Assembly: GCA_964514965.1 (NCBI GenBank)
Contig: CAZETV010000001.1
Span: 723,063-755,062, forward strand
Direction of reading: 5' to 3'
Length of the DNA stretch: 32,000 bases
From: Candidatus Hadarchaeota archaeon
Lineage (GTDB): Archaea; Hadarchaeota; Hadarchaeia; Hadarchaeales; Hadarchaeaceae
Positions 1 through 8,507 of this stretch are shown in pieces. The translations under genes were made by a program, and so were the position numbers. The notes under the pieces are model-generated. The model saw nothing but the letters and a program-made list of their open reading frames with translations, was not told the origin of the DNA and searched no databases. Position 1 is the stretch's first letter. Every line of letters begins with the position of its first letter.

Positions 1-647
1 AAACGGTTGATGTAATCGTCAGTTGAAACGCGGGGCAATTTAAGCTTCAACTTTTGAGTGAAAAATTTTGTGAGCCGACGAAGATTACGTGAAGCCTCAT
101 AGTTTCCTATGCCCAAACGGTCCGTAAGCGTGCGCGAAATTTCACCTTCTGTGCGCGGTAAACCCCTCATCCTGCATGCAATAAATGTAAGCGCAGCGAG
201 AACTTGGTGAGTTTCTCTGCCGCTAGTCAACCTCGCTGCCCTAGCCCGCCGATAAAAAATGCTTATCTCGGCTTTGATCCCTTTAGGCAACGATAAGTCC
301 TCACATAGCTTATCTAGCTCTATTAAAACCTCACGCAAACTTCGCTTTTCCCATGTGTTTGCGCGCGAGCGCTGCTGCCAGAGCCGCATCCGCCTCAGGC
401 TGGCGCGCCAGCTTGGGGGGAGGTCCTTCGGGACACTGAACTTGCTCCCCAATCCAAAATCATGCTGCGTTACATCTATGCCCGCCGTAACGTCCGCGCG
501 CTCCAATTCTTCCCCCGGCCTACTGCGCCATTCCGGCTTGAGTTCGAGCGAGTGTTCCATGAGCACGAGGCCACAGCGCGTACAGATGTGTTCCCCTCTA
601 AGCGTGTCGTGTAGTACCGCTGAACTGCTGCATGAAGGGCAGCGCAT
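1..647 (-). CDS. tfb: Transcription initiation factor IIB (TFB), C-terminus truncated by window edge
   Basis: Manual minus-strand translation from ATG at 647..645 gives MRCPSCSSSAVLHDTLRGEHICTRCGLVLMEHSLELKPEWR..., a TFB zinc ribbon followed by cyclin-like sequence (LREVLIELDKLCEDLSLPKG...ARAARLTSGRETHQVLAALTFIACRMRGLPRTEGEISRTL). It is absent from the ORF track because it has no stop inside the window. Confidence 0.93.
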   Translation of the reverse strand, partial: MRCPSCSSSAVLHDTLRGEHICTRCGLVLMEHSLELKPEWRSRPGEELERADVTAGIDVTQHDFGLGSKFSVPKDLPPSWRASLRRMRLWQQRSRANTWEKRSLREVLIELDKLCEDLSLPKGIKAEISIFYRRARAARLTSGRETHQVLAALTFIACRMRGLPRTEGEISRTLTDRLGIGNYEASRNLRRLTKFFTQKLKLKLPRVSTDDYINR

Positions 648-666
648 TTAAAAACCTCAAATCGCA

Positions 667-1869
667 CTACTTCAGAGCAAGTATTTTCTCAATCGTTTCT
701 CGTCCAAAGATTCGGGAAATCTCCTCATCCTTCAACAAAGCTTCAAGCGGACCCTTAAGTTTGAACCCTGTGAACACATCGATGAAGGCCTGTTGGAGCT
801 TGGGCTTGTCCTCTAGCGCACCCAGCAGCGCATCCATCCGCTGGTCTTGTGAAACACTCAATGAAGAGTGTAGGAGTTGCCCGGCCCTCAGTTCGGCACC
901 AAACTCAGCTCGCCATTGCCGTTCATAATCGGCCAGCCCCTCTATCGAAACATCGCCCTCGGTAATCGCGTTGATTGCTACCTTGCCTGCAATCTCTCCG
1001 CAGCGCAACGCGTAACGAAGTCCTTGCCCCGATAACGCATAGATTTGGCCAGCCGCACTTCCAGCTGCGATTATCCCGCCTGCGCATGTCTGGTTCAATG
1101 GCCCCTCAAGGGGAAGCTGACCACGGAATGCAGCCACCGGCGCCGCTCGCTCGAGTCTAGGCATGCCACGTCGCCCTATGAACTCGTCTAAAGCGGCATC
1201 CGGATGGATACGCACTCCTTGAACCCCCGTCATCGCGAAGCGCTTGCCGAAGGGATAAACCCAAGCGTGCCCGAGTGGGGCGAAGTATGAAGTAAAAAAC
1301 AGATCCATACTTTGATCGTTTGTCACGTTCCCCATCAGATACTCGTTGCTTAGCGCGAGCAGCTCACGCTTCCAATCCCGCTTCAGCACCTTCCTGAGCA
1401 ACAAACTCGACCACTCGCCTCGGGCGCCCGTAGCGTCTATTATTATTTCGCTCTCGATTTGCTCGGCCCAATCTCCAGCTTCGACGTGCACCCCCCGTAC
1501 GGCATCCCCCTTCAACAAAAGTTCCTTGACAGGGGAACTCACCCATAACTCGGCGCCGCTCGCTACGGCCTCTGCGGCTAGGAGCTTGTCAAACAGGCGC
1601 CGATCAACGATGACGCCGAAGTCCCCCTTTGCCGAGAGCTCCTTGTGGGGCGAGTGAAGCCTTATTTCTTTCACGTTCGCGACAATCGATTTTTTCAGTG
1701 GGGGTATTATGAAATCGGCTGGCGCCCAAGTAGCGGATTGAGCCTGTCCACCTATCTGGGCTTGCAGCTCAAGCAGCAGCACTTTTCCCCCCTCAGCCGC
1801 CGCCACCCTCGCTGCGGCCAATCCAGCTGGACCACCCCCAGCCACAACTACATCATATCTTTCAACCAT
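667..1869 (-). CDS. Geranylgeranyl reductase family FAD-dependent oxidoreductase (archaeal lipid saturation)
   Basis: 400 aa; N-terminal Rossmann motif VVVAGGGPAGLAAARVAA; GGR-like layout with PLEGPLNQTCAGGIIAAGSAAGQIYALSGQGLRYALRCGEIAG. Confidence 0.85.
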   Translation of the reverse strand: MVERYDVVVAGGGPAGLAAARVAAAEGGKVLLLELQAQIGGQAQSATWAPADFIIPPLKKSIVANVKEIRLHSPHKELSAKGDFGVIVDRRLFDKLLAAEAVASGAELWVSSPVKELLLKGDAVRGVHVEAGDWAEQIESEIIIDATGARGEWSSLLLRKVLKRDWKRELLALSNEYLMGNVTNDQSMDLFFTSYFAPLGHAWVYPFGKRFAMTGVQGVRIHPDAALDEFIGRRGMPRLERAAPVAAFRGQLPLEGPLNQTCAGGIIAAGSAAGQIYALSGQGLRYALRCGEIAGKVAINAITEGDVSIEGLADYERQWRAEFGAELRAGQLLHSSLSVSQDQRMDALLGALEDKPKLQQAFIDVFTGFKLKGPLEALLKDEEISRIFGRETIEKILALK

Positions 1870-1998
1870 TTGTCTCCCTCCATCCTTTAGTTATTAGTTA
1901 TTTATTAGATGGAAAATGTTTCACTAAAGACTGTTTGGATTTGCGTAGCGTATGCTCAAGAAAGACCTCGAAAAGAAACAGATTTTTGAGAAAGATGG

Positions 1999-2364
1999 TT
2001 AACTTTTTGCTCGTTCAGGCGGGATGGTAAAACAGACAACTCCTGACTTCGGCTCGTAGATGTGGCCAGCCTCCTTCTCCCCTGTTAAAATTTCGCCTAC
2101 CTCGTCGCGCGCGAGTCCAACCTTCCCCGCTATGTCAACAATTTCCTCGACCTCAATCATTCCACTAGGCTCCTTACTAGCCAGCGCCCGCATTGCGCGA
2201 AGTATGAAGTCAACTTTGACCTCTTGGCCCCGCAAAACTAGTGGTACTCCGCTCTTCTTCGCCGGAGGCGCCGCCGCTTCAGCAGTGACGTAGGTGCTTA
2301 TCTCAAGTTCCACGCTGAAGGGTTTGCCGCAGATGGGACAAGTTACCTCTATTCGCTGGCGCAT
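1999..2364 (-). CDS. Small protein with N-terminal CxxC element and C-terminal winged-helix-like region resembling the MCM C-terminus
   Basis: 121 aa; VTCPICGKPF at N-terminus; C-terminal ...MIEVEEIVDIAGKVGLARDEVGEILTGEKEAGHIYEPKSGVVCFTIP. Confidence 0.6.
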   Translation of the reverse strand: MRQRIEVTCPICGKPFSVELEISTYVTAEAAAPPAKKSGVPLVLRGQEVKVDFILRAMRALASKEPSGMIEVEEIVDIAGKVGLARDEVGEILTGEKEAGHIYEPKSGVVCFTIPPERAKS

Positions 2365-2468
2365 TTTTCCACTACCTTTTAATGTCTTCTTTCACTTTTT
2401 AAGGTTGAGACGTTACACCACGAATCGACAACTACTTTTTGGAGCTCGACAAAGGAGAGTGCGATTTA

Positions 2469-2957
2469 GTGAAATTCGTCGCGGACGGCATGCTTGGAAA
2501 GCTGGCGCGCTGGCTCAGGCTAGCTGGTTATGACGTTACTTACATAGGTAATCTTAGAGTGCCCGCAAACGAGCAGGACGATGTTTTGCTCGAGCGAGCC
2601 AAATTCCAGCGAAGGGTACTGCTGACGTGCGACTTGGTACTGCACCGTCGAGCCAAGAGGGCGGACATCCGCAGTATCTATATCGAGAGCAATGATGTCG
2701 TCAGACAACTCGTCGAGATTTCTAAACGCTGCGGGCAAAAAATCGAAATCAAGCCTGAGAACTCCAGATGTCCGATGTGCAACGGTTCACTCAAGCTTGC
2801 GAGCAAGGACGATGTCAAGAACTTGGTGCCAGCAACTGTGCTGAAAACGCAACGAGAGTTCTGGCGATGCGGGAAGTGCGGCAAGACATACTGGCATGGC
2901 ACACATTGGAAGACAATACTTGAAATGGCATCGCGGTACAATCGAATAGTGGGGTAA
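2469..2957 (+). CDS. Mut7-C RNase domain-containing protein with C-terminal zinc ribbon
   Basis: VKFVADGMLGKLARWLRLAGYDVTYIGN (Mut7-C/PIN-like N-terminal signature) and CPMCNGSL...CGKCGKTYWHGTHW. Track start is 2439; the GTG at 2469 matches the usual family N-terminus better. Confidence 0.85.
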   Translation: MKFVADGMLGKLARWLRLAGYDVTYIGNLRVPANEQDDVLLERAKFQRRVLLTCDLVLHRRAKRADIRSIYIESNDVVRQLVEISKRCGQKIEIKPENSRCPMCNGSLKLASKDDVKNLVPATVLKTQREFWRCGKCGKTYWHGTHWKTILEMASRYNRIVG

Positions 2958-2962
2958 ATGCC

Positions 2963-3589
2963 ATGCTTACGCTTGAGGAAGGGAAGCTGCTGGTAAAGCT
3001 CGCTAGGCAAACTATCGAAACCTATCTGCGCGAGGGCAGGAAACCGCAAACCCCAAAAGTGCCTGCGAAATTGCGCGAAAATCAAGGTGTTTTCGTTACT
3101 CTAAACAAAAAAGGTGAACTTCGAGGGTGCATAGGCCACCCGCTCCCCCGGATGCCTCTTGTCGATGCCGTGATAGATTCCTCAATTAGTTCCGCTACCC
3201 GCGATCCCCGCTTCCTGTCGATAACACTTGGGGAGTTACCTGAAGTAGAAATTGAGGTGAGTGTACTGTCCAAGCCTGAAATAATCAAGGCCGAGAGACC
3301 ACGCGAATATCCGAAACACATCACGATTGGTAGGGATGGCCTAATCGTCGAGTGGTCCGGCTACGTCGGCCTGCTATTGCCCCAAGTGCCGGTAGAGTGG
3401 GGGTGGGATGTCGAGGAGTTCCTCTCACATACCTGTATGAAAGCAGGATTAATGCCCGACTACTGGCTTCGTGAGGGGGTGCGCATAAGCAAGTTCTCAG
3501 CACAAGTGTTTAAAGAGAAAAAACCCTGCGGCGAAATCGAAGAACTTGCATTCACTGGCGGGAAAATGAAGGAATTTTCGAACCCTTAA
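2963..3589 (+). CDS. AMMECR1 domain protein
   Basis: 208 aa with GVFVTLNKKGELRGCIGHPLPRMPLVDAVIDSSISSATRDPRF, the AMMECR1 signature. Confidence 0.93.
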   Translation: MLTLEEGKLLVKLARQTIETYLREGRKPQTPKVPAKLRENQGVFVTLNKKGELRGCIGHPLPRMPLVDAVIDSSISSATRDPRFLSITLGELPEVEIEVSVLSKPEIIKAERPREYPKHITIGRDGLIVEWSGYVGLLLPQVPVEWGWDVEEFLSHTCMKAGLMPDYWLREGVRISKFSAQVFKEKKPCGEIEELAFTGGKMKEFSNP

Positions 3590-3603
3590 AAACAAAACCA
3601 ACC

Positions 3604-3611
3604 TTTAAATA
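3604..3611 (+). promoter_or_regulatory. Putative archaeal TATA box (TTTAAATA)
   Basis: TTTAAATA lies about 25-30 nt upstream of the AAAGGAGAAGGTG region that precedes the small coiled-coil ORF and the membrane-protein gene. Confidence 0.45.
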
Positions 3612-3645
3612 CCCGAGATTTCAAAAAATCAAAGGAGAAGGTGAG

Positions 3646-3888
3646 AAGACGGAACAAATCTCAAGAGATGAGCGTATTTCATCTATTGAAAACAAATTAA
3701 ACTCATTAATTCAAAGATTATCAGTTTTGGAGCGCAGATTGAGCATTTTGGAGCGTTCCCCTGGCACTTTAAAGACACCGCCCCCCCCACCGAAGCCAAC
3801 CTCTCCCCAACCGACCAAGATAAACAACAACTACCTCAACCGAGCTATAAGAACTGCTCGACGGGACTATGAACGAAAATATAGGTAG
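3646..3888 (+). other. Probable small coiled-coil/proline-rich protein, start codon unresolved (possible frameshift after GTG at 3641)
   Basis: Open frame KTEQISRDERISSIENKLNSLIQRLSVLERRLSILERSPGTLKTPPPPPKPTSPQPTKINNNYLNRAIRTARRDYERKYR*, with leucine/isoleucine heptads followed by a Pro-rich segment. No ATG or GTG is in frame; the SD-like GGAG and a GTG at 3641 are in another frame. Confidence 0.45.
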
Positions 3889-3909
3889 TCTAACATCATC
3901 GGTGAAGAG

Positions 3910-4470
3910 ATGCGCGGTGAATACTGGCATGCCGCATTTTGGTTGTTAATTGTTGGGAGTTGGATTTTCGGCGTTGCTTACGGACGATGGGACGGTGGCG
4001 GAGAATTCTTCGTTGATCTCAGCCAAGCCGTGCGCGTGCCCTCACCGCTCGAACTAGGTGCCTGGTGGCAGCCACTCGTTTTTTTCGCATTCACCGTCCT
4101 CGCAACCTTCGTACTCTCCCAGCTCTTCTTCGGCGTAGGGGCCGCTGTCTTCATTTTCTCGCGAGGGGTTTACGATAGCGCGCTCATCACCCAACTCGAG
4201 CAAATAGTGGGAGGTTGGTCCTTCCCAAATATCCCGACCAACGAGTTCTGGCTGGTCCTGTTTATCGTGCTCGTCTTGACTGTAAACCTGCCGCTCTGTC
4301 TGTGGGCCGCACATTTGGGTACTCGGCGGGCAATACACATGTTGTATCGTCTCCGTGGAAGACCTCTAAAGCCAGAAGTCAGTGCGGGCCCAGTGCCGAC
4401 CTTGTTGCTTATCCTTGCCGCATCGGTAGCTGCGGGTCTGGTTGGAGCGTTAGTTATCTCATATGCGTAA
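3910..4470 (+). CDS. Multi-pass membrane protein of unknown function
   Basis: 186 aa with several hydrophobic segments (FWLLIVGSWIFGVAYG, PLVFFAFTVLATFVLSQLFFGVGAAVFIF, FWLVLFIVLVLTVNLPLCLWAA, LLLILAASVAAGLVGALVI). Confidence 0.7.
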   Translation: MRGEYWHAAFWLLIVGSWIFGVAYGRWDGGGEFFVDLSQAVRVPSPLELGAWWQPLVFFAFTVLATFVLSQLFFGVGAAVFIFSRGVYDSALITQLEQIVGGWSFPNIPTNEFWLVLFIVLVLTVNLPLCLWAAHLGTRRAIHMLYRLRGRPLKPEVSAGPVPTLLLILAASVAAGLVGALVISYA

Positions 4471-4523
4471 GCCTTTTAAAGGAGAAATTTTAAAAGAAAG
4501 GGAGATATGCAAAAGGTGAACAA

Positions 4524-5639
4524 ATGCGCACTACTGTAAGCATAATTAAAGCCGATATAGGTTCTGTAGCTGGACATCATACAGTCCACTCCAAACAAAT
4601 CGAAGCTGCCAACCAACACCTGGAAAAAGCCCGCAAAGATAACTTGATTACAGACTATTATGTTTTTCACTGCGGCGACGATTTGGAGCTATTGATGACT
4701 CACGGGAATGGAGAAAACAACCCAAAGATACACGAGTTTGCATGGAATACATTTAAAGAGATAAGTGAAACTGTCTCCAAGCCGCTGAAGCTTTACGCGG
4801 CTGGACAAGACCTGCTGGGTGAAGCATTCTCTGGTAACGTGAGGGGAATGGGCCCCGGTGTTGCTGAAATGGAGTTCGAAGAAAGGAAGAGTGACCCTAT
4901 AGTAGTTTTCGCTGCTGACAAGACAGAACCTGGAGCATGGAACCTTCCACTATTCAGAATATTCGCAGACCCCTTTAGCACAGCAGGCTTGGTAATCGAC
5001 CCATCCATACATGGTGGTTTTACATTTAAAGTAATGGACATCATGGAACACAAAACCGTGGACTTAGCATGCCCAGCGGAAATGTACGACTTGATTGCCC
5101 TTTTAGGTACTCCAGGACGTTATGTGGTCGAAAGAATATACCGCACATCGGACAAAATGCTGGCATCTGTGGCGAGCACTTCTAGGTTGAGCCTCATCGC
5201 AGGGCGGTACGTCGGAAAAGATGACCCAGTCTGCATTGTAAGAGGACAACACGGCTTGCCGTCTATAGGAGAAGTATTGGCGCCGTTCAGCATACCTCAC
5301 ATTGTAGCTGGCTGGATGAGGGGCAGTCATCACGGACCTTTGATGCCTGTTAGTCTGAAAAATGCAAAATGCACCTTTTTCGATGGACCTCCAAGGGTTG
5401 TTGCATTAGGTTTCCAAGTCTCAGATGGACACATAGTAGGAGTAAAAGGGAATGAACCAGCAGACCTCTTTGACGACCCAGCGTTCGATAAGGCTAGGGC
5501 TACGGCGAATGAACTGGCCGATTACCTAAGACGCCAAGGAGAATTTATGCCAGCTAGGCTTGGCCCAGATGAGATGGAATACACAACGTTACCAGGAGTA
5601 CTAGAACGCATAAAAGATCGTCTCAAACCAATCGGCTAA
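4524..5639 (+). CDS. fbp: Bifunctional fructose-1,6-bisphosphate aldolase/phosphatase
   Basis: 371 aa; MRTTVSIIKADIGSVAGHHTVH, HCGDDLELLMTHG, FAADKTEPGAWNLPLFRIFADPFSTAGLVIDP, typical of the archaeal FBPA/P family. Confidence 0.96.
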   Translation: MRTTVSIIKADIGSVAGHHTVHSKQIEAANQHLEKARKDNLITDYYVFHCGDDLELLMTHGNGENNPKIHEFAWNTFKEISETVSKPLKLYAAGQDLLGEAFSGNVRGMGPGVAEMEFEERKSDPIVVFAADKTEPGAWNLPLFRIFADPFSTAGLVIDPSIHGGFTFKVMDIMEHKTVDLACPAEMYDLIALLGTPGRYVVERIYRTSDKMLASVASTSRLSLIAGRYVGKDDPVCIVRGQHGLPSIGEVLAPFSIPHIVAGWMRGSHHGPLMPVSLKNAKCTFFDGPPRVVALGFQVSDGHIVGVKGNEPADLFDDPAFDKARATANELADYLRRQGEFMPARLGPDEMEYTTLPGVLERIKDRLKPIG

Positions 5640-5655
5640 TTTTTTTTTCTTTTAA
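5640..5655 (+). terminator. Oligo-T tract after the fbp stop codon, candidate archaeal terminator
   Basis: Long T run interrupted by one C (ttttttttttcttttaa) directly after the fbp stop in the intergenic gap with the convergent VTT-domain gene. Confidence 0.5.
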
Positions 5656-5697
5656 CTAAAAATTGGCGCATGCAAGCCAGAATTTCTATTTAATTTT

Positions 5698-6441
5698 TTA
5701 AGATAAATATTTTTCAACAAGCTTTTCCCAATTTATTTTAAACATTGCGATGACGGCTAATATAAGCAAAATTGCCGTTATCGCAGCAATTATCATTCCC
5801 CCTTCCGCAAACACTGCTCCCGTCGCGGCCCCGACATAAGTGATAATCAAAGACATCAGGAACTTCCCCAACACACATGGGATAAAAACTTTCCATAGAT
5901 TGTAGCGCATCAGACCAAGCGGGATGAAGAGGAGATCATCTGGAAGAGGGGTCAGGGCAAAAATGAAAACTGCTGGTATTCCAAAACGATTGAAAATCTT
6001 TAACATAGCATTAAAACGGCGGTCGTGCTTTTTATCCACGACTCGTCTGCCAGCATAGCCTAGCCCATAGCCCACGAGTTCTCCCGCAGCAGCGCCCAAC
6101 CCGGCAACAATAGCAAGCATGATGTGGTTAAAACCGAATTGTGGTGCACTGATTGTTAACAAAATTACGGTGTATGGGACTGGGATTATAACAGACGCGG
6201 CACCTACGAAGCTGAGCAGAAAAACACCTAGATAGCCTAACTTGCCCAGATTATTGAGCATCACATAAAGATTCTCACGAAAAAAATATACTGCCACTAA
6301 TGCGATAACTAAGATGAAGAAGAGAGCAAGCAGTAAAGCCCTTCGCTGGGTAAATTTCCTCATTTGGATCACGTCATCAGTATCCGCAAACAAACATGCA
6401 GTTGATTTCCTCCCAACGACTACCTCACCGTTAATAACCAA
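5698..6441 (-). CDS. VTT/DedA-family (SNARE-associated) membrane protein
   Basis: 247 aa; LGYLGVFLLSFVGAASVIIPVPYTVILL, GAAAGELVGYGLGYAGRR, FIFALTPLPDDLLFIPLGLMRYNLWKVFIPCVLGK. Confidence 0.88.
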   Translation of the reverse strand: MVINGEVVVGRKSTACLFADTDDVIQMRKFTQRRALLLALFFILVIALVAVYFFRENLYVMLNNLGKLGYLGVFLLSFVGAASVIIPVPYTVILLTISAPQFGFNHIMLAIVAGLGAAAGELVGYGLGYAGRRVVDKKHDRRFNAMLKIFNRFGIPAVFIFALTPLPDDLLFIPLGLMRYNLWKVFIPCVLGKFLMSLIITYVGAATGAVFAEGGMIIAAITAILLILAVIAMFKINWEKLVEKYLS

Positions 6442-6604
6442 CCATGATGAAGAACTTTCTCATGCACCTGCTCAACCTTCCGTGCAGGAACATGCCTGTC
6501 ATTTGGTCACCTGATGTGGTTTTTACCCTCACTCGCAAATACCTAACTTGTGGGGAATAAATGCCCAGGACAAACTGCCTGATGTCTTCAATCACGGTGA
6601 TTAA

Positions 6605-7699
6605 ATGCGGATAGGTTTTTTCACCGATACCTTCCTGCCCCAGCAAAATGGTGTGGTTACCTCGATTCTGAGTTTCGGTCCTGAACTCATCAAAAGAGGA
6701 CATGAAGTTTTCGTCTTTTGCCCCAAATCAAACGTGAAGGAGCATCTTGGAATGGTAGTGCGTTCATACCCATCCGTAACTTTTAGACCATATCCTGAGT
6801 TCAAGATTGCAGTTCCCCAAGGCAGCGGCAGTCTCCCAAAACTCGATATCGTTCACACACACGGTCCATTCTCGCTTGGCGTTTTCGGGCTGAGAGTTGC
6901 GAAAAAACAGGGCATACCTCCAGTATCCACCTTTCACACAATGCTCTCTGAATACGTTCGATACCTCTCTAGATTTGGGCGTGCGGTCTTCAAGAGAATC
7001 ACCTGGGGGTACTGCAGATTTTACTATAATCAATGCCGCAAAATCATCGCCCCAAGCAATGCGTTGAAAAAGATTTTACTACAACACCAAATCAACAAAT
7101 CAATTGCCGTTGTGCCTACCAGCATCAACCTTGACTTTTTTAAACCGATTGAAAAGAAAAAAGCTAAGAAAAAACTTGGAATCGATGCTGAGCAAGTTTT
7201 CCTAACGCTTGGTAGGCTTGGGTTTGAGAAAAATATCGACCTCGTGCTTCAAGCGTTCAAAAATATTAACGCGAAATTAATCATCGCTGGCAGAGGCCCA
7301 GCTGAACAAAAACTCAAAAATATTAGTAAGAAGCTCGGTCTCCAAAAAAAGATTTCTTTTGAGGGATATGTGCCTGAAAAATTAAAACCGATTTATTATT
7401 CAGCGGCGGATGCGTTCATAATAGCATCAACGACCGAAACCCAAGCAGTAGTCGTGGCGGAGGCCATGGCCTGCGGTACTCCAGTAATCGGCGCAAATTC
7501 GCTCGCACTCCCTGAAATCGTGGTTGATGGAAAAAATGGTTTTCTTTTTGAGCCGGGGAAAGTCGAAAAACTCTCGGAAATTCTGCAATCTTATAGCTCC
7601 TCTAAGAGAATGCAAACTCATGCTTTAAAAACAGTGCAAAAGTTTTCAACGCAAAAATGTACTGATAGACTGGAAAAATTTTATAAAAGTCTTTTTTAA
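6605..7699 (+). CDS. Glycosyltransferase family 4
   Basis: 364 aa; IGFFTDTFLPQQNGVVTSI..., HTHGPFSLGVFGLRVAKK, GRLGFEKNIDLVLQAF, SAADAFIIASTTETQAVVVAEAMACGTPVIGANS (GT-B, EX7E motif). An in-frame TAA immediately precedes the ATG, fixing the start. Confidence 0.93.
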   Translation: MRIGFFTDTFLPQQNGVVTSILSFGPELIKRGHEVFVFCPKSNVKEHLGMVVRSYPSVTFRPYPEFKIAVPQGSGSLPKLDIVHTHGPFSLGVFGLRVAKKQGIPPVSTFHTMLSEYVRYLSRFGRAVFKRITWGYCRFYYNQCRKIIAPSNALKKILLQHQINKSIAVVPTSINLDFFKPIEKKKAKKKLGIDAEQVFLTLGRLGFEKNIDLVLQAFKNINAKLIIAGRGPAEQKLKNISKKLGLQKKISFEGYVPEKLKPIYYSAADAFIIASTTETQAVVVAEAMACGTPVIGANSLALPEIVVDGKNGFLFEPGKVEKLSEILQSYSSSKRMQTHALKTVQKFSTQKCTDRLEKFYKSLF

Positions 7700-7751
7700 A
7701 CTTTGAGCTTATCACATTTATCGACGCTTTTCAAAATACAGGCCCTGGTTT

Positions 7752-8456
7752 CTATCTAAATGAACGATATACTCGCATCTCCTTACCGAGAAAATACCGA
7801 AGTGTTATGCTCGACCAATCTGATATAAGCTTGAATAACCCCAGCTGCTTTAGTCTTCTTCCTGAAGTACGCACAACAACATGCCTAAGAAACGCTATTT
7901 TTCCTTTCTTAGAAATTTTCTTGCACAGTTCCAAATCTTCCGATGCAGTCATATTTACATCAAACCCACCAACTTCGAGGAACGGCTTTCGCTTGTATGC
8001 CACACAAGTTCCTGCAATCCTAGGTCGCCCAACCAAGAAAGACGTCATTACGAGAAGATTAAAGAAATAGAATACAATCTCTTCAAATTGATTTATACCT
8101 TGAGGCACTATGAGTCCTCCAGCCCCAACAATATCAGGATCGTTGAAAGTTTTGAGAATTTCATCTATGAATTGCCGTGTTATTGTGGTATCGGCATCAA
8201 GAAAAACAAGAATGTCTCCCTCTGAAATTTTCGCGCCCGTGTTTCTCGCTAAGCCCACATTGCCGTCCGCCTTATGAACCTTTGCATATCTCCTTGCTAT
8301 TTCCACTGTGTTATCCCTAGAGCCTCCATCAGCAACGATGACCTCTGCTTCCGGGACAAACTTGCGCACGTTTTTTAGAGTTGAAGCAATAAGCTTCTCT
8401 TCATTCAAAGTTGGGACTATTACACTTATTTTCGGCTTCTTTGGAATTGGATACAT
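7752..8456 (-). CDS. Glycosyltransferase family 2
   Basis: 234 aa; KISVIVPTLNEEKLIASTLKNV, VIVADGGSRDNTVEIA, FLDADTTI, DLELCKKISKKGKIAF. Confidence 0.92.
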   Translation of the reverse strand: MYPIPKKPKISVIVPTLNEEKLIASTLKNVRKFVPEAEVIVADGGSRDNTVEIARRYAKVHKADGNVGLARNTGAKISEGDILVFLDADTTITRQFIDEILKTFNDPDIVGAGGLIVPQGINQFEEIVFYFFNLLVMTSFLVGRPRIAGTCVAYKRKPFLEVGGFDVNMTASEDLELCKKISKKGKIAFLRHVVVRTSGRRLKQLGLFKLISDWSSITLRYFLGKEMRVYRSFR

Positions 8457-8507
8457 GACGCAACAACCTCGTTCAGTTGTTAAATTAATCTATGGATATA
8501 GCTATTT

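Noticed and set aside
259-651. 130-aa plus-strand ORF in the track
   Set aside because: It is antisense to the clearly identified TFB coding sequence on the minus strand.
476-667. 63-aa minus-strand ORF
   Set aside because: It reads the TFB zinc-ribbon region in the wrong frame; the true frame starts at ATG 647..645.
6442-6600. Possible C/D-box sRNA (ATGATGA near 6444 and CCTGATG near 6504)
   Set aside because: The C and D boxes cannot be arranged with the normal 10-12 nt guide spacing and no convincing terminal stem was found.
6431-6703. 90-aa minus-strand ORF between the VTT and GT4 genes
   Set aside because: Its N-terminal third is antisense to the solid GT4 coding start, the remainder shows no recognisable motif, and this space must also hold two divergent promoters. 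Kept only as a weak possibility.
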